Shown here: positions 9,749 through 20,494 of the stretch, one piece after another | Layout of the letters: the number at the start of each line of letters is the position of its first letter | Numbering within the stretch: position 1 is the first letter of the stretch | Origin: a virus | Lineage: Duplodnaviria > Heunggongvirae > Uroviricota > Caudoviricetes | Length of the DNA stretch: 37,596 nt | Reading direction: 5' to 3' (one strand) | IMG/VR virus record: IMGVR_UViG_2558860170_000006 | The notes under the pieces: model-generated | The model's database searches: none | Seen by the model: the letters and a program-made list of their open reading frames with translations, nothing else | Told to the model about the DNA's origin: nothing | Position numbers and translations under genes: made by a program

Positions 9749-12700
9749 TCAGCTGATACTGATGCCTGCGGTGGCTTTCTTCATCACCACAACCAGCAAA
9801 TCGCTGATACTTGCTGTGGGATACCAGTTATTCACCAGCCATGCTGACACCGAAAACTCCAGCGTCATGTGGCCGCGACCAGCTGGCATATCAATAACAC
9901 CACTGTAAATCAGCGTATTATCCAGCGCGGTACGGTTATAAATTTCAGCACCGTTTTTCCGTACTATCAGGCGGCATGACGAATAAATATCGTTATTCTC
10001 CCGCTCATGTTTAGCGCCGCTGAATGCCACCGCCGGAATAACAATTTGCCTGTCAAAAGGCTGATCGTCATAAATCCTGACGGTAATGGTCCCTGATGGC
10101 CACCGCTCCGGTGCCCGGGAGTCCCGCGGAAAAGCCTTACCCACTGTTTTGACTATATCGCCTTCAATCTGGTTGGCTGACAGTTTCCCCTTAATCTGAC
10201 AGTTCTCATTAATTGTGACATTGTTGAGCGTCCCGGCGTTCGCATTCACACTGCCACTGATATCTGCATTTTTAGCGGTCAGTTTTCCGTCCGGTGTCAG
10301 GGAAAATGCCGGAGGATTACCGCCGCTGGTAATGGTGGGAGCCGTCAGGCGTTTCAGGAACACGTCGTTCATGAATATCTGATCGCCCTGACCAACAAAC
10401 ATCGGCTTTGTGTTGCCATTCGCAGGATTAATCATCGCAATCCTGTCTGCCGCCAGCAGCACCTGACTCTGCATTCCTGCTGGCGTATTCTCAATACCGG
10501 CACCGATACCCGCAATATAAAGGCGTCCGTCCTTCATCTGTTGCAGCTTCACAGCCCACATGCTGTTCAGATTATTATTTGTATCAACCTGAACCTTCTG
10601 TATCTGCTGGATTGCCGCACTCTGGTCTTTCAGTTTCTTATTGACAGTCTGCGTGATTTCATTGCTGACATCCGTAATGGACGTCCTGATTTCAGCCAGG
10701 TCAGGCGCAAGCTGACCGTTATCAATCTGCGTCCACAGCTCCTGAGCCAGATGTGTTTTCCCTATCTCTCCTTTGAAAAAATCCAAGTAACCTTCCGCAT
10801 CATCGCTCGCCCGACCGACAGCCTCCACGAATGCCGATTTGCCAACGGTGTTCACACTGCGAACGTAAAAATAATAATCATGGCCCGGTTTGATATTGAT
10901 ACTGGCGGCTATCCAGTACAGCGCCGTGCCAAGATAGCGGGCGCTGGTTTCAACCTGCCTGATATCCGCAATCCGCTTTTCCGAGAACCAGAACTCAAAC
11001 TGTACCGTCGGGTCATAAACGGCAAGATGCGGCGTTGCGGTTATCTGAAAATAGCCCGGCGTCAGCTCAATCCGCGACGGTGCTGCCGGTGCGGCAATCC
11101 GGAAGGTGGTGGTGGCAGGTTCACCCTGCTGGCCATAGCTGTTTATCGCCCGCACCGTCAGGGTGTATTCCCCGAGCGGCAGGCCGCTGAAACGGTGCTC
11201 CGTGTCTGCGGTGATGGCGGTGGTCACCAGTCTGGCATCCGTTCCCTTACCACTGGTCAGGCGCAGACTGAAGCGCACACCCTTCACCACCCGCGGCGTG
11301 TCCCATTTCGCCTGCGCCAGATACTGGCCGTCAGGTGCTGCACTGCCGGTGGGATGACGCTGTTCAGGGAACCTGACTGCGGCTCAAAGCGGGCACCGTT
11401 ATCCACGATGGCTTCTTTTTCCAGTACGTGCTGCACCGCCGTGATGGCAAAGGTGCCGTCCGTGTTTTCCCGGACGGAGACACAGCGGAACAGGAGACGG
11501 CGCAGTGACGGCAGGGAGAGTCCCCACACCCCGTATGTCTCCACACCATCAGGCAGGGTACTGACCTGTATCCGGTCCGGCGCGGGGTGTTCGGTGATGT
11601 CCACACTCACCGGCTTACCGCTGCCGTTAATCAGGTTCACCGTGGCGGCACCGGTCTCCGGAAGTGTCACTTCACGGTCCAGCGTCAGAGTGCGGGTGGC
11701 AGCATCAATGGACAGGACACGTCCGCCGGTCAGGGTCCCGGCATAGTCGTTATCACAGATTTCAATGATGTCACCGGGTGTGTGCCGCAGCCCCTGAGAC
11801 CCGAGCGTGAAATCCACCGTCTGCGTTTCCAGCAGTTCGGTCTTTATCACCCACAGTCCGGCACGGTGGGCCTGACCGCGGCTGGTACAGCCGAACGCGT
11901 CCATCTTCAGCAGGTTGCGTCCGTAGCGCAGTATGGCTTCCGGGTCTTCCACCAGTTCCGTGGAGGTCTGCCAGCCGTTCTGCGGGTCGGTATAATTCAC
12001 CTCCACCGCCGTGTGCCGGTCCTTCAGGGCACTGAAGCTGTAGCGGAAACCCACGCCGTTATCATCCACCACCACATCGCTGTTGGTGTACGGCCACACC
12101 ACATCCGACGGGCGGTCCTGAACAAACGTCAGCGTCTGGCCGTTCCATACCGGCATACAGCGCATCGCCGAGCAGAAATCACTGAGCACGTCCCATGCCT
12201 TACGCTGTTGTGCCAGGTACGCATTGAAGGTCATCCGCGGCTCGGTCTCCCCGAAACTATCCGGGACCGTCTGGTCGCAGTACTGCCCGATGGCATACAG
12301 CGCCCACTTGTCCACATCCGCCGCCCCCAGACGTTTTCCCATGCCGTAGCGCGGGTGAGTCAGCATGTCCCACAGACACCAGGCCGGATTGTTGCTGTAT
12401 GCCGGTTTCAGGCTACCGTCCCAGATACCACTGTACGTGCGTTTTTCCGGGTCATAGTTTGACGGCACCTGGATGATGCGACCGCGGATATGGTAGTTCA
12501 CCGTCATCTGCTGGCCGCCGAACTGCTCCGCATCCACCTGCAGCCCCACAATGGCCGTGTTCGGGTAGCACTGTTTCACATCGATGATTTCGGTGTATGA
12601 CGACCACAGCGTCTTATTCTGCAGCTGGTCCGTGGTGCTGTCCGCTGTCTCCCGGACCATCCGGATGTTAAAAGGACGGGGAGGCAGATTATCCAGAATC

Positions 12701-13200
12701 ACCGACGCCAGAAACTGCGAGGTGGTCTTGCCGTTAATGGTGACATCCTTTTCTGTCACCCAGTTACCGTTACGCTGTAACTGAATCAGCAGGCGGACGG
12801 ATGTCGGGTTTCGGTCACCCTTTGACGTGGTCTGCACCAGTGACTGCACCCCGAAGGTAACCCGCAGGCGGTCAATGTTCGCGGACGTAATGGTGCGCGT
12901 CACCGGTTTTGCCTTCGTCACTTCCACGCCCAGTCCGGTTTCAGCACCGGAGGACTCAAAGCCTTCCGGTGGTGTCTGCTCCTGCTCCCCGGCGCGTCAG
13001 ACCGCCGTCACACCGTGTATCACGGGATTACCGTCCGTGTCCGTCAGCGGGGTTTTGTTCACCAGGATACTCTGCAGTCCCTTCACCGGACCTTCTATCA
13101 GTCCCTCACCAATCGCATCAATCACGCTCATCATCTGCGTGGATTTGAGATTATCCTTCGCCTCACGAGGCGTGTGTGCCTTACCGCCACCTTTTCCCAT
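9749..13200 (-). pseudogene. J: tail tip host-specificity protein J, disrupted
   Basis: Collinear with lambda J across three track ORFs; in-frame TGA at 12997-12999 (…GVTAV*RAGEQEQTPPEGFE…) and a frameshift near 11290-11330 (…PPAVQHLTA / [13 protein letters not shown]…). Confidence 0.85.
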
Positions 13201-13306
13201 ACAGCCTTCCCCTGAATAAATTAACCGCCACTTGCCATTCCGTACAGAAGTCGGATATCCTTCGCCCGAAAAGCATGAAACACATTTCTGCCATGCTAAA
13301 GAGAAA

Positions 13307-13338
13307 CCCCGGTATCAGCAGATACCGGGGTTTTCTTT
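13307..13338. terminator. bidirectional hairpin in the I-J intergenic insert
   Basis: CCCCGGTATC-AGCA-GATACCGGGG perfect 10-bp stem with T-rich tracts on both strands. Confidence 0.45.
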
Positions 13339-13405
13339 CATGCCCACCGATAATCCTGTTGGTTAAAACCGGTAATGGCATAAAAATTCTGAATATCTTC
13401 ACATT

Positions 13406-13433
13406 TTCACAAACTGACTGTGGCGCGTATAAT
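13406..13433 (+). promoter_or_regulatory. candidate sigma70 promoter (TTCACA, 16 bp, TATAAT), antisense to the tail operon
   Basis: -35 TTCACA at 13406-13411 and perfect -10 TATAAT at 13428-13433. Confidence 0.4.
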
Positions 13434-13498
13434 TTCTCTGCGTTAATTTTTTTGTCGTGATATAAGAATAATTCCTTACACTTAATCTTCGTAACTCT

Positions 13499-13545
13499 CC
13501 CGCAGTTCCTGTCCGCGATCACTGCGGGATTTTTTTATTCTTTTT
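13499..13545 (+). terminator. rho-independent terminator (plus strand)
   Basis: CCCGCAGT…ACTGCGGG hairpin followed by ATTTTTTTATTCTTTTT. Confidence 0.45.
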
Positions 13546-14224
13546 ACCCCTGCCGCCCGATAACCACGACCTTTCCGCCCCCGCCTTCATCACGGGTGCT
13601 GATGTCCTGGGATATACGGCGGGAGCCAACCAGCATTTCCCCGTAAGGCACCGGCATCGGGTTCCCCTGGGCAATCATGTTATCCAGTGAGGAAAAGTAC
13701 GTGTTCTGTCTGCCGTTATCCGTTGCGCGGTAATCCGGTGTTTTTGCCTTCGGGGCCAGCATCTGGGCCACACCGCCCAGAATCATGCTGGCTCCAAGTG
13801 AAAACAGCATCGTGGTGGCAGAAAAACCACCGGCTGCCAGGGCTGAACCCCATAACGCCATTGATGCCCCGGCAGTGAAGAAAGAGCCCACGATGGCTGC
13901 CGCCCCCAGCACAATCTGCAGTCCACCCTTTCCGGCCCCGGCCAGTCGCGGCACAATGTGGATGACCGTTCCCTCACCCAGCTGTTCGTGAAGACGGGCG
14001 TACACCGCCTCCGGTGCCGTGTCATAACCGGCAATACGTATCTGGTACCAGCCTTCGTTCATCTGACGGCGAAAGCCCGGCATCTGCATCGACAGGGCGC
14101 GAATGGCTTCCGCTGCCGTGTTCACATACAGGCTGAGGCGGCGGCCAAATCGTTGTAAATCCCCGTGAAGGCAGATGCGTGCCAGTGGCGGTGACGCCAG
14201 ACTGAATGCGTTCGTCGTTGCCAT
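13544..14224 (-). CDS. I: tail assembly protein I
   Basis: 226-aa ORF collinear with lambda I (…ARICLHGDLQRFGRR…GASMILGGVAQMLAPKAKTP…). Confidence 0.9.
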   Translation of the reverse strand: MATTNAFSLASPPLARICLHGDLQRFGRRLSLYVNTAAEAIRALSMQMPGFRRQMNEGWYQIRIAGYDTAPEAVYARLHEQLGEGTVIHIVPRLAGAGKGGLQIVLGAAAIVGSFFTAGASMALWGSALAAGGFSATTMLFSLGASMILGGVAQMLAPKAKTPDYRATDNGRQNTYFSSLDNMIAQGNPMPVPYGEMLVGSRRISQDISTRDEGGGGKVVVIGRQG

Positions 14225-14865
14225 TTTTCGGAATACCTCTCCCGTTTACTCAGTTGTTCAGGCAGATGGTGAAGCAGCTCACCGTTGCCGCAGTAAATGG
14301 CGGCATGGTTCGGTACCGAAGCACCAAAGCAGCACAGCAGAATATCGCCCGCCTGTGCAGAGGACAGGGGCACCCGGTAAAAGCCGGTGACCGCCATATT
14401 GTCCAGGTAAAGGTTCTGACCGTTGCGCCACCAGTCATCCTCGCGATGAAAATCCGGCATTTCAGTCCCCGCCAGATGATAAGCATCCCGGAACAGCGTG
14501 TAACAGTCCGTCACCCCGTGCTCAAAGCGCCGTCCTGTCAGATGTGGCACACAGCGGAATTTGTGAATGTCACCCCGGCAGACCAACCACCAGGGCAGTG
14601 CGCTTTTTATCTGCAACCGCCGGTCAGCCTCGCTCAGCCAGGGCAGCCCACCGGGATGACTGTGGACCAGTGCCACAATCTCCCCCTGCATCTCTGCCCG
14701 CAGCCAGTCTTCCGGTGCGATACGAAAATACGCCTCCGGCTCTGCGGAAATATTCACACAAGGGATATACCGCTCCCCCTCCGGCGTGCTTATCACGAAG
14801 CCGCACGACTCCGCAGGCGCACACCGCCGGGCATGTGCCAGAATCGCTGATTCAGTCTGTGTCAT
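14122..14865 (-). CDS. K: tail assembly protein K
   Basis: Starts MTQTESAILAHARRCAPAESCGF… at ATG 14863-14865 (the track ORF begins further upstream); lambda K-like. Confidence 0.9.
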   Translation of the reverse strand: MTQTESAILAHARRCAPAESCGFVISTPEGERYIPCVNISAEPEAYFRIAPEDWLRAEMQGEIVALVHSHPGGLPWLSEADRRLQIKSALPWWLVCRGDIHKFRCVPHLTGRRFEHGVTDCYTLFRDAYHLAGTEMPDFHREDDWWRNGQNLYLDNMAVTGFYRVPLSSAQAGDILLCCFGASVPNHAAIYCGNGELLHHLPEQLSKRERYSEKWQRRTHSVWRHRHWHASAFTGIYNDLAAASACM

Positions 14866-14875
14866 AAACCGGGAT

Positions 14876-15574
14876 TTACTGCGAAAGTTTATTAATGGAA
14901 AGGAAACCGCCAAAATTGCCGACATTCCTGCGCAGTTCACACCCGCGCATGCACTTGCTGCATCTGTCCTTACGGATATCCGTGGTGGGGTTGTCGAACT
15001 CATCCGCCACCGCAGGACCGTTATACCCGCATTCATCTCCCCGGTAATCCCACATACAGGTGTTCGCCAGCATGATGCGACCGGGAAACAGCGCCCCGTC
15101 CGTCTCGGTCGGTGTAGCCAGCACAAACGAGGCCGTCATGGCTGTCAGCTGCGACATCTGCTCCACCACCCAGCGGTCACTCAGCTCCTGCTCCGGGTCC
15201 GCCTCCGGATTGCCCGCAACGAAATTCACCGCATCCAGAAAACGGGCATACACCCGGCGGCGGACCACCGTGGCCCCCACCAGACTCTGCAGGTCTTCCG
15301 CCATCCCGGTGACCAGACCGAACAGATTGGACACCGTCAGCGACGGTCTGGCACTGCTGCCCCGGCCGTTCATCTCAAAGCCGCTGCCGTCAATCGGGTA
15401 TGCCTCATACTTACGCCCCTGCCAGGTGACCGGCTCCCCTTTTTCATTCAGCTCATTACAGAAAAAATACCGCTCACCACCCTGTACCGTCAGGTCGATT
15501 TCCCAGAGTACCACCCGCGGTGACTGCTCTGACTTAACCGACTCGTTCAGACTTTCTTCGCGAATATCCTGCAT
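14876..15574 (-). CDS. L: minor tail protein L
   Basis: 232-aa ORF collinear with lambda L. Confidence 0.9.
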   Translation of the reverse strand: MQDIREESLNESVKSEQSPRVVLWEIDLTVQGGERYFFCNELNEKGEPVTWQGRKYEAYPIDGSGFEMNGRGSSARPSLTVSNLFGLVTGMAEDLQSLVGATVVRRRVYARFLDAVNFVAGNPEADPEQELSDRWVVEQMSQLTAMTASFVLATPTETDGALFPGRIMLANTCMWDYRGDECGYNGPAVADEFDNPTTDIRKDRCSKCMRGCELRRNVGNFGGFLSINKLSQ

Positions 15575-15903
15575 CAGTTCACCACCTGCTTAAACTCCGC
15601 GCTGAACTCAACGCGCAACATCCCGACCCGCGCAGACCACCCGGCACAGGTCACCTTTATCTGCCGGTATGCATAGGGTGGCTTCCACAAAAATGCCTTC
15701 CAGCCACCGTGCTCTGCCAGGAACGCTTCCAGATGCCGGGCCTCCTCCCGGGTCACGGAAAGCGTCACCCTGTATGTTTTCAGGTCAGCATTCAGCCCTG
15801 CCGCCATACGCTGTGAGTACCCGTCACCAAAACGCACTTCACGCACCGATGGCTGCGAGTTCACCTCCATATCCGGCTTCACTTTCCAGCGAAAGGTTTT
15901 CAT
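15574..15903 (-). CDS. M: minor tail protein M
   Basis: 109-aa ORF MKTFRWKVKP…, lambda M-like. Confidence 0.9.
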   Translation of the reverse strand: MKTFRWKVKPDMEVNSQPSVREVRFGDGYSQRMAAGLNADLKTYRVTLSVTREEARHLEAFLAEHGGWKAFLWKPPYAYRQIKVTCAGWSARVGMLRVEFSAEFKQVVN

Positions 15904-18473
15904 CCACCGCTCCCTGATAACATACCGCCATCACGCAACTGCAGCCGGAGTTCATCCTGTGCCCCCTTGCGGGCCATCTCATACACCGCTTTCATCAGCT
16001 GCGGCCCTGCCCGCCCGTTGGGGCCGTCGTTCTGAATCACCACGTGATTGTTCTGATTAAAATTAATGCCTTCCGCCCGCCGCATCTGCGCCGGACTTCC
16101 GGCACCGCCGACATAACCACCTTCCGCATAGCCCCGCATCAGGCGGTACAGATTGCCGACACCAATCCGGCTGGTCGCCTCCTTCGTGAAGACAAACTCC
16201 CCGCGATGAACAATCCCCGCAGGTTCATATTTACCCCCCGTCCCCGTAAATCCCCCGGTCGCGAAATGGAAGTTCGCCGCCGCAGCCTGAATGGCCGTCC
16301 CCGTGGAGGCAGACGCACCACCACCGAAAGCACCGCCAATGGCGCTGCCGATACTCCCGACTATCCCCACCATCGCCTGCTTCAGAAAAATCTCTGTCAG
16401 CATGGACAGCACAGAACGGGTGAAACCACGCCAGTTCTGTTCGCTGCCGATCAGCATCGCTGCCATATTCTGTGCAATACCGTCAAAGGTCTGCGTGGCC
16501 GCGTTTTTAACCTGCGAAAAACTGTCCGTCGCACTTTCCGCCCACTCGCCCCAGCCGGACTTCATCCCGGCCATCCAGCTTCCACGAAGCTGCTCCTCCG
16601 CAGACCAGGTGTTCTTCAGTGCAGATGTGGCCTTCGCCAGCGCAGCCGGATTATCACCGTACACCTCACGAAGGCGCTGCTCTTCCGACTCCCGCTGCGC
16701 CTGACGGTCGGTGAGTCCGCGGGCTTTTGCGCTGATTGCCGCCTGCTTCGCGCTCTGCTGCTGTTCAAACCGCGCCGCCTGCTGTGCCAGCTCATTCAGC
16801 CGTTTCTGGTGTTCAATCTTGTCGCCCAGCTCAGCCAGCTGGCGTTTGTACTCCAGCGTTTCTTTCTCATGGGCCAGCAGGGATTTTTCCTGCTCAGATA
16901 ACTGCCGTTTCGTGGCGGCCTCTTTCAGGACCACATACTGATTTTCCGCTTTCCATAAATCACGGCGCTGCTGGCTGATTTTTTCATTCGCACCGCTGTG
17001 CTTCTCCAGCGTCCTGAGCTCAGTTTCAAGCGCCAGCAGGGCTGCATGCGCCTGGTCTTCCTGGCGCTCACCGGCAGACACCTTCACACCGGACGGCTTT
17101 TTCTGCGTCGACTCATAATCCTTTTTTGCCGACGCCATCAGCGTGTTGTAATCCGCCTGCAGGATTTTCCCGTCTTTCAGGGCCTTATTCAGCTCTTCCT
17201 GCCGGGCGGTATATTTCTCCAGTGGCGTCAGCAGGCGCTCATACGCCTTCTGCGCCTCTCCGGTATACTTCAGCTGTGACGACTCACGCTCAGCCCTGTC
17301 CCTTGCCGCCAGTTCACCGGCTTTTTCCATATCCGACTGCAGCGTTGCCGCTGCCAGACCCAGACGGGCATTTTCCCGGTCATCCCATGCGCCCTGAAGG
17401 TTGGCCCGGAAAGAGGAGGTTTTACCGCGGCGCTGGCTCCGACTCTGGTACCACTGCCATTTTTTATCCGCCTCATCAAATGCCTTCTGCGCACTGGCGA
17501 GCATATCCGCTGAGGATTCCGGACGACCGATATCCAGAATGGCATCCCACATCGATTTGAATGCCTTCCCTGTTTTATCCGCCCAGGTCTCCAGTGTTCC
17601 CATGTTTTCTTTCAGGCGACGGGTCTGCTCATCAAAGCCTTTCGTGGCGATATCGTTCGCCGCCTGCAATGCCCCGGCCTCGTCTCCGGAACGCTGCAGC
17701 TGTGCAACATACGCAATCTGCTCTGCCGTCACGTTACGGAACTGGCGCGCCATCGCCATCAGTCCCGACGTCGGGTCAGTGGTCAGCTTCCCGAAGGCTT
17801 CAGCGACTTTATCCACCTCCACACCGGATGCAGACGCAAAACGCGCGACACTCTGGTTGATGGCATCAAACTGTTCACCACCACGCACACCGGCATTCAC
17901 CAGGGCTGCCAGTGACTCTCTCGCCTGGTTAAACGTCAGCCCTGCTGCCTGCCCGGCTCTTGAGAGAGTCAGCATACGATCGGCAGTCAGTCCGGACTGA
18001 TTACCGGAAAGAACCAGGGTTTTATTAAACGCTGAAAGCGTGGAATCTCCCTGGTACCAGGCGTACACCAGTGCACCTGTCGCCACCGCCAGCGAGGTGA
18101 CCCCGACCATCGGCAGGGTGATCGCATCGGCAAGCCCCCTGAACATGGGGATCATCCCGCCGAAGGAGTCCTTCACCTGACCGCCCTGTTGCAGCAGGAT
18201 CAGCCAGGGATTCTGACCACCGGCAAGCTGCGTGGCGATATCCGTAAACTGTGCGGGCAGGGTTCGCATGGCCGCTTTATACTGCCCGACGGAAATCCCG
18301 GCTTTTTGTGCAGCCAGCGCCTGGCGGCTCAGGCCCTGTTCAACAGCACTGGCGGTTTTTCTGGCGTCGGTATCCAGACCTGAAAAATGACGCCTTACCC
18401 GGCTCATCTGCTCATCGAAACGGACAGCATCCAGACTCAGGTCAATAACAAGATCACCAACCGGCTGGGACAT
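15900..18473 (-). CDS. H: tail tape measure protein H
   Basis: 857-aa ORF collinear with lambda H (MSQPVGDLVIDLSLDAVRFDEQMSRVRRHFSG…). Confidence 0.9.
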   Translation of the reverse strand: MSQPVGDLVIDLSLDAVRFDEQMSRVRRHFSGLDTDARKTASAVEQGLSRQALAAQKAGISVGQYKAAMRTLPAQFTDIATQLAGGQNPWLILLQQGGQVKDSFGGMIPMFRGLADAITLPMVGVTSLAVATGALVYAWYQGDSTLSAFNKTLVLSGNQSGLTADRMLTLSRAGQAAGLTFNQARESLAALVNAGVRGGEQFDAINQSVARFASASGVEVDKVAEAFGKLTTDPTSGLMAMARQFRNVTAEQIAYVAQLQRSGDEAGALQAANDIATKGFDEQTRRLKENMGTLETWADKTGKAFKSMWDAILDIGRPESSADMLASAQKAFDEADKKWQWYQSRSQRRGKTSSFRANLQGAWDDRENARLGLAAATLQSDMEKAGELAARDRAERESSQLKYTGEAQKAYERLLTPLEKYTARQEELNKALKDGKILQADYNTLMASAKKDYESTQKKPSGVKVSAGERQEDQAHAALLALETELRTLEKHSGANEKISQQRRDLWKAENQYVVLKEAATKRQLSEQEKSLLAHEKETLEYKRQLAELGDKIEHQKRLNELAQQAARFEQQQSAKQAAISAKARGLTDRQAQRESEEQRLREVYGDNPAALAKATSALKNTWSAEEQLRGSWMAGMKSGWGEWAESATDSFSQVKNAATQTFDGIAQNMAAMLIGSEQNWRGFTRSVLSMLTEIFLKQAMVGIVGSIGSAIGGAFGGGASASTGTAIQAAAANFHFATGGFTGTGGKYEPAGIVHRGEFVFTKEATSRIGVGNLYRLMRGYAEGGYVGGAGSPAQMRRAEGINFNQNNHVVIQNDGPNGRAGPQLMKAVYEMARKGAQDELRLQLRDGGMLSGSGG

Positions 18474-18915
18474 ATCTCACACCTCCCGGAATCCCCGCTG
18501 AAGCCATCATTAATGCGGCATCATCCACCATGACATCCGCCACATCCGCAGACGATAAAATATCGCGCCCTCCGTCCCCACCGAACCGGACGCCTCCGGC
18601 AAGTCCTGCCGCTTTCTGCATCAGCATTTTGTCCTCATCCGGCCTCTCCACCTGCTCTTCCTCATGCCGGGGGACAAGCAGACTGAAATCAGAGGGATGC
18701 ATATCCGGATCGCAAAAAAACAGGCTGAGTACAGCGTACGTCAGCCCGGAAAAATGCATATCCAGCTGGGTATCCTGAAAATAATGCGTGCGGTAAAAAC
18801 GGCGCCAGTCGGCATATTCGGTGGATGTCATCCCGGCAAGCATGGCGCGCCAGTCGGGTCTCCCCATCTCACGCGCCAGTCTGAGGGCAAAGTTCAGCTC
18901 GCCGTCGAAGACTTT
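18454..18915 (-). CDS. T: tail assembly chaperone, T portion of the G-T frameshift product
   Basis: The -1 frame relative to G is open from the slippery site through the T ORF; lambda-like G-T arrangement. Confidence 0.8.
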   Translation of the reverse strand, partial: KVFDGELNFALRLAREMGRPDWRAMLAGMTSTEYADWRRFYRTHYFQDTQLDMHFSGLTYAVLSLFFCDPDMHPSDFSLLVPRHEEEQVERPDEDKMLMQKAAGLAGGVRFGGDGGRDILSSADVADVMVDDAALMMASAGIPGGVRYVPAGW

Positions 18916-19325
18916 CCCGCAGAAAAATCATCATCAGTCAGCGTGTTATTTTTCGCCACTTCAGTAATATCAGTATCCGGACGAACAGCTTCGATCATCC
19001 CGGACAGGCACAACACCACGTCTTCCGCCCGGGCAATGGCATCGGCAGGCCAGGTGGTGAGCACTTCCTGCTCTATCTTCATCACGGCCTCATTCATTGA
19101 CGGTGACTGCGTTTTCTGTGGATGGTTATGCCACAGGGACATCGCCACCAGAAACGCGCCGGTTCTGACGAGATCTTCCACGCTTACCTGCAGGTTGCCG
19201 CTGGATTCTGCCTGTTCTGCACGCCGTTTCAGGAGGGCAAGATGCTCGATACGCTGCAGCGCAGACAATTCGGAAAGCGTGACAGACACACCGTTATATT
19301 CAAATTGTTCTGTTTTCAGAAACAT
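18894..19325 (-). CDS. G: tail assembly chaperone G
   Basis: 143-aa ORF MFLKTEQFEYNGVSVTLSELSALQRIEHLALLKRRAEQ…, lambda G-like. Confidence 0.9.
   Translation of the reverse strand: MFLKTEQFEYNGVSVTLSELSALQRIEHLALLKRRAEQAESSGNLQVSVEDLVRTGAFLVAMSLWHNHPQKTQSPSMNEAVMKIEQEVLTTWPADAIARAEDVVLCLSGMIEAVRPDTDITEVAKNNTLTDDDFSAGKSSTAS
18912..18918 (-). promoter_or_regulatory. programmed -1 ribosomal frameshift site GGGAAAG
   Basis: Heptamer G GGA AAG in the G frame, 6 codons before the G stop. Confidence 0.8.
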
Positions 19326-19338
19326 GTATTACCTCCGT

Positions 19339-20091
19339 TTACCCTGCAGCGCCCGCTTCAGTAACGGTGACTTCAGCCACTGCGGCGAACTGACCATTTC
19401 CGCTCACCACAGGGATCTGCACCTTACCTGTCGCCACGCCGTTTACCGTAATTGTCATATCTTTCACACTAATGGTGGCTTTCGACGGATCGGCGGAAAC
19501 CGCTCTGAACGTCTTGTCGGTTGCACTTTCCGGCTCAAAAGAAACCGTCAGGGTGGTTGTTTTCCCTTTTGCCACCGTACCGGATGTCGGCGTCACCTTA
19601 ATCGCACTGACCGGCGTAATTTTGCTGCGTTCTTCCGCTACAGAAGGTTTACCCACGTTAGTGACTTTCACCGTGCGGGTGATCACTTCTTTCGCCGTCA
19701 CGGCCTTACCGATACTGCTGACCCAGCCACGAAACACATCCACCGTGCCATTCGGAAAACGGATTTTATAGGCCCGGACATCGCCGCTTTCAAACCAGCC
19801 TATAAGCCCTTTCTGGCCTTCCTCTCCCGGTTTCCAGGCCAGCGTAAAACTGGTATCACCTGCAGATTTCTGCCCCTGCCCGGTCGCGCTCCAGTCCGCG
19901 TCTTCATCATCCAGGTAGTTATCATCATAGGATTCAGCCGTCATCTCGCCCGGCGTCAGATCCTTCACCTTAGCCAGTCGCTGCCAGTCATCGTCTGACA
20001 ACGGGTTTGCATAAGCATCAGCCTTGCCGTTGTAAACCCACAGAGTGGTACCGGCACCTTTTACCGGCTCCAGGGGATTTGGTGTTGCCAT
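19339..20091 (-). CDS. V: major tail protein V
   Basis: 250-aa ORF collinear with lambda V, including the C-terminal Ig-like domain. Confidence 0.9.
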   Translation of the reverse strand: MATPNPLEPVKGAGTTLWVYNGKADAYANPLSDDDWQRLAKVKDLTPGEMTAESYDDNYLDDEDADWSATGQGQKSAGDTSFTLAWKPGEEGQKGLIGWFESGDVRAYKIRFPNGTVDVFRGWVSSIGKAVTAKEVITRTVKVTNVGKPSVAEERSKITPVSAIKVTPTSGTVAKGKTTTLTVSFEPESATDKTFRAVSADPSKATISVKDMTITVNGVATGKVQIPVVSGNGQFAAVAEVTVTEAGAAG

Positions 20092-20098
20092 ATCGTCC

Positions 20099-20494
20099 TC
20101 ACATCTCGTATGTAATGGAATAAGTCAGATCCGCAGAGCTCCATAACGCCATATCGTCATCACGACGATACTCATAGCCCTGCGTAACCATCGTGGTAAT
20201 CAGTCCTGCCAGTGCAGGGATCGCAGTCATCGCCGGATAAATCCGGCTTTCCATCCACTGATCGAGCTCCGAATCAGGTACCTGTGCCGGTAAAAACACC
20301 TCAATATGCAGTGTGGCCCGCCAGGTATCTGCATCCAGCTCTTCACCGGTATACTCTGCATCCGTCAGATAAACCGCGATCGCAGGAAAATCCTCTTCGT
20401 CAAAAACAACGGGGCGACCATCAAACAGCGTCGCCCCGTGTTCATGCTGCTCGAGTGCATCCAGCACTGCGGCACGAATGTCAGTGTGTTTCAT
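20099..20494 (-). CDS. U: tail terminator protein U
   Basis: 131-aa [47 protein letters not shown]…, lambda U-like. Confidence 0.9.
   Translation of the reverse strand: MKHTDIRAAVLDALEQHEHGATLFDGRPVVFDEEDFPAIAVYLTDAEYTGEELDADTWRATLHIEVFLPAQVPDSELDQWMESRIYPAMTAIPALAGLITTMVTQGYEYRRDDDMALWSSADLTYSITYEM

Noticed and set aside
10541-12462. Plus-strand ORFs of 401 and 291 aa antisense to J
   Set aside because: They are fully contained within the minus-strand J coding sequence, which has clear lambda J collinearity; these are antisense frame artefacts of a GC-rich gene.
13181-13522. 113-aa minus-strand ORF spanning the I-J intergenic insert
   Set aside because: It crosses two strong hairpins and a promoter-like region and overlaps the J start; it is more plausibly non-coding sequence that happens to lack stops.
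14206-15523. Plus-strand ORFs of 214 and 245 aa antisense to K and L
   Set aside because: Antisense to intact lambda-like K and L genes; no independent support.
16044-18000. Plus-strand ORFs antisense to the tape measure gene H (285, 137, 144, 199 aa)
   Set aside because: Embedded in the well-supported H gene on the opposite strand; no independent signals.
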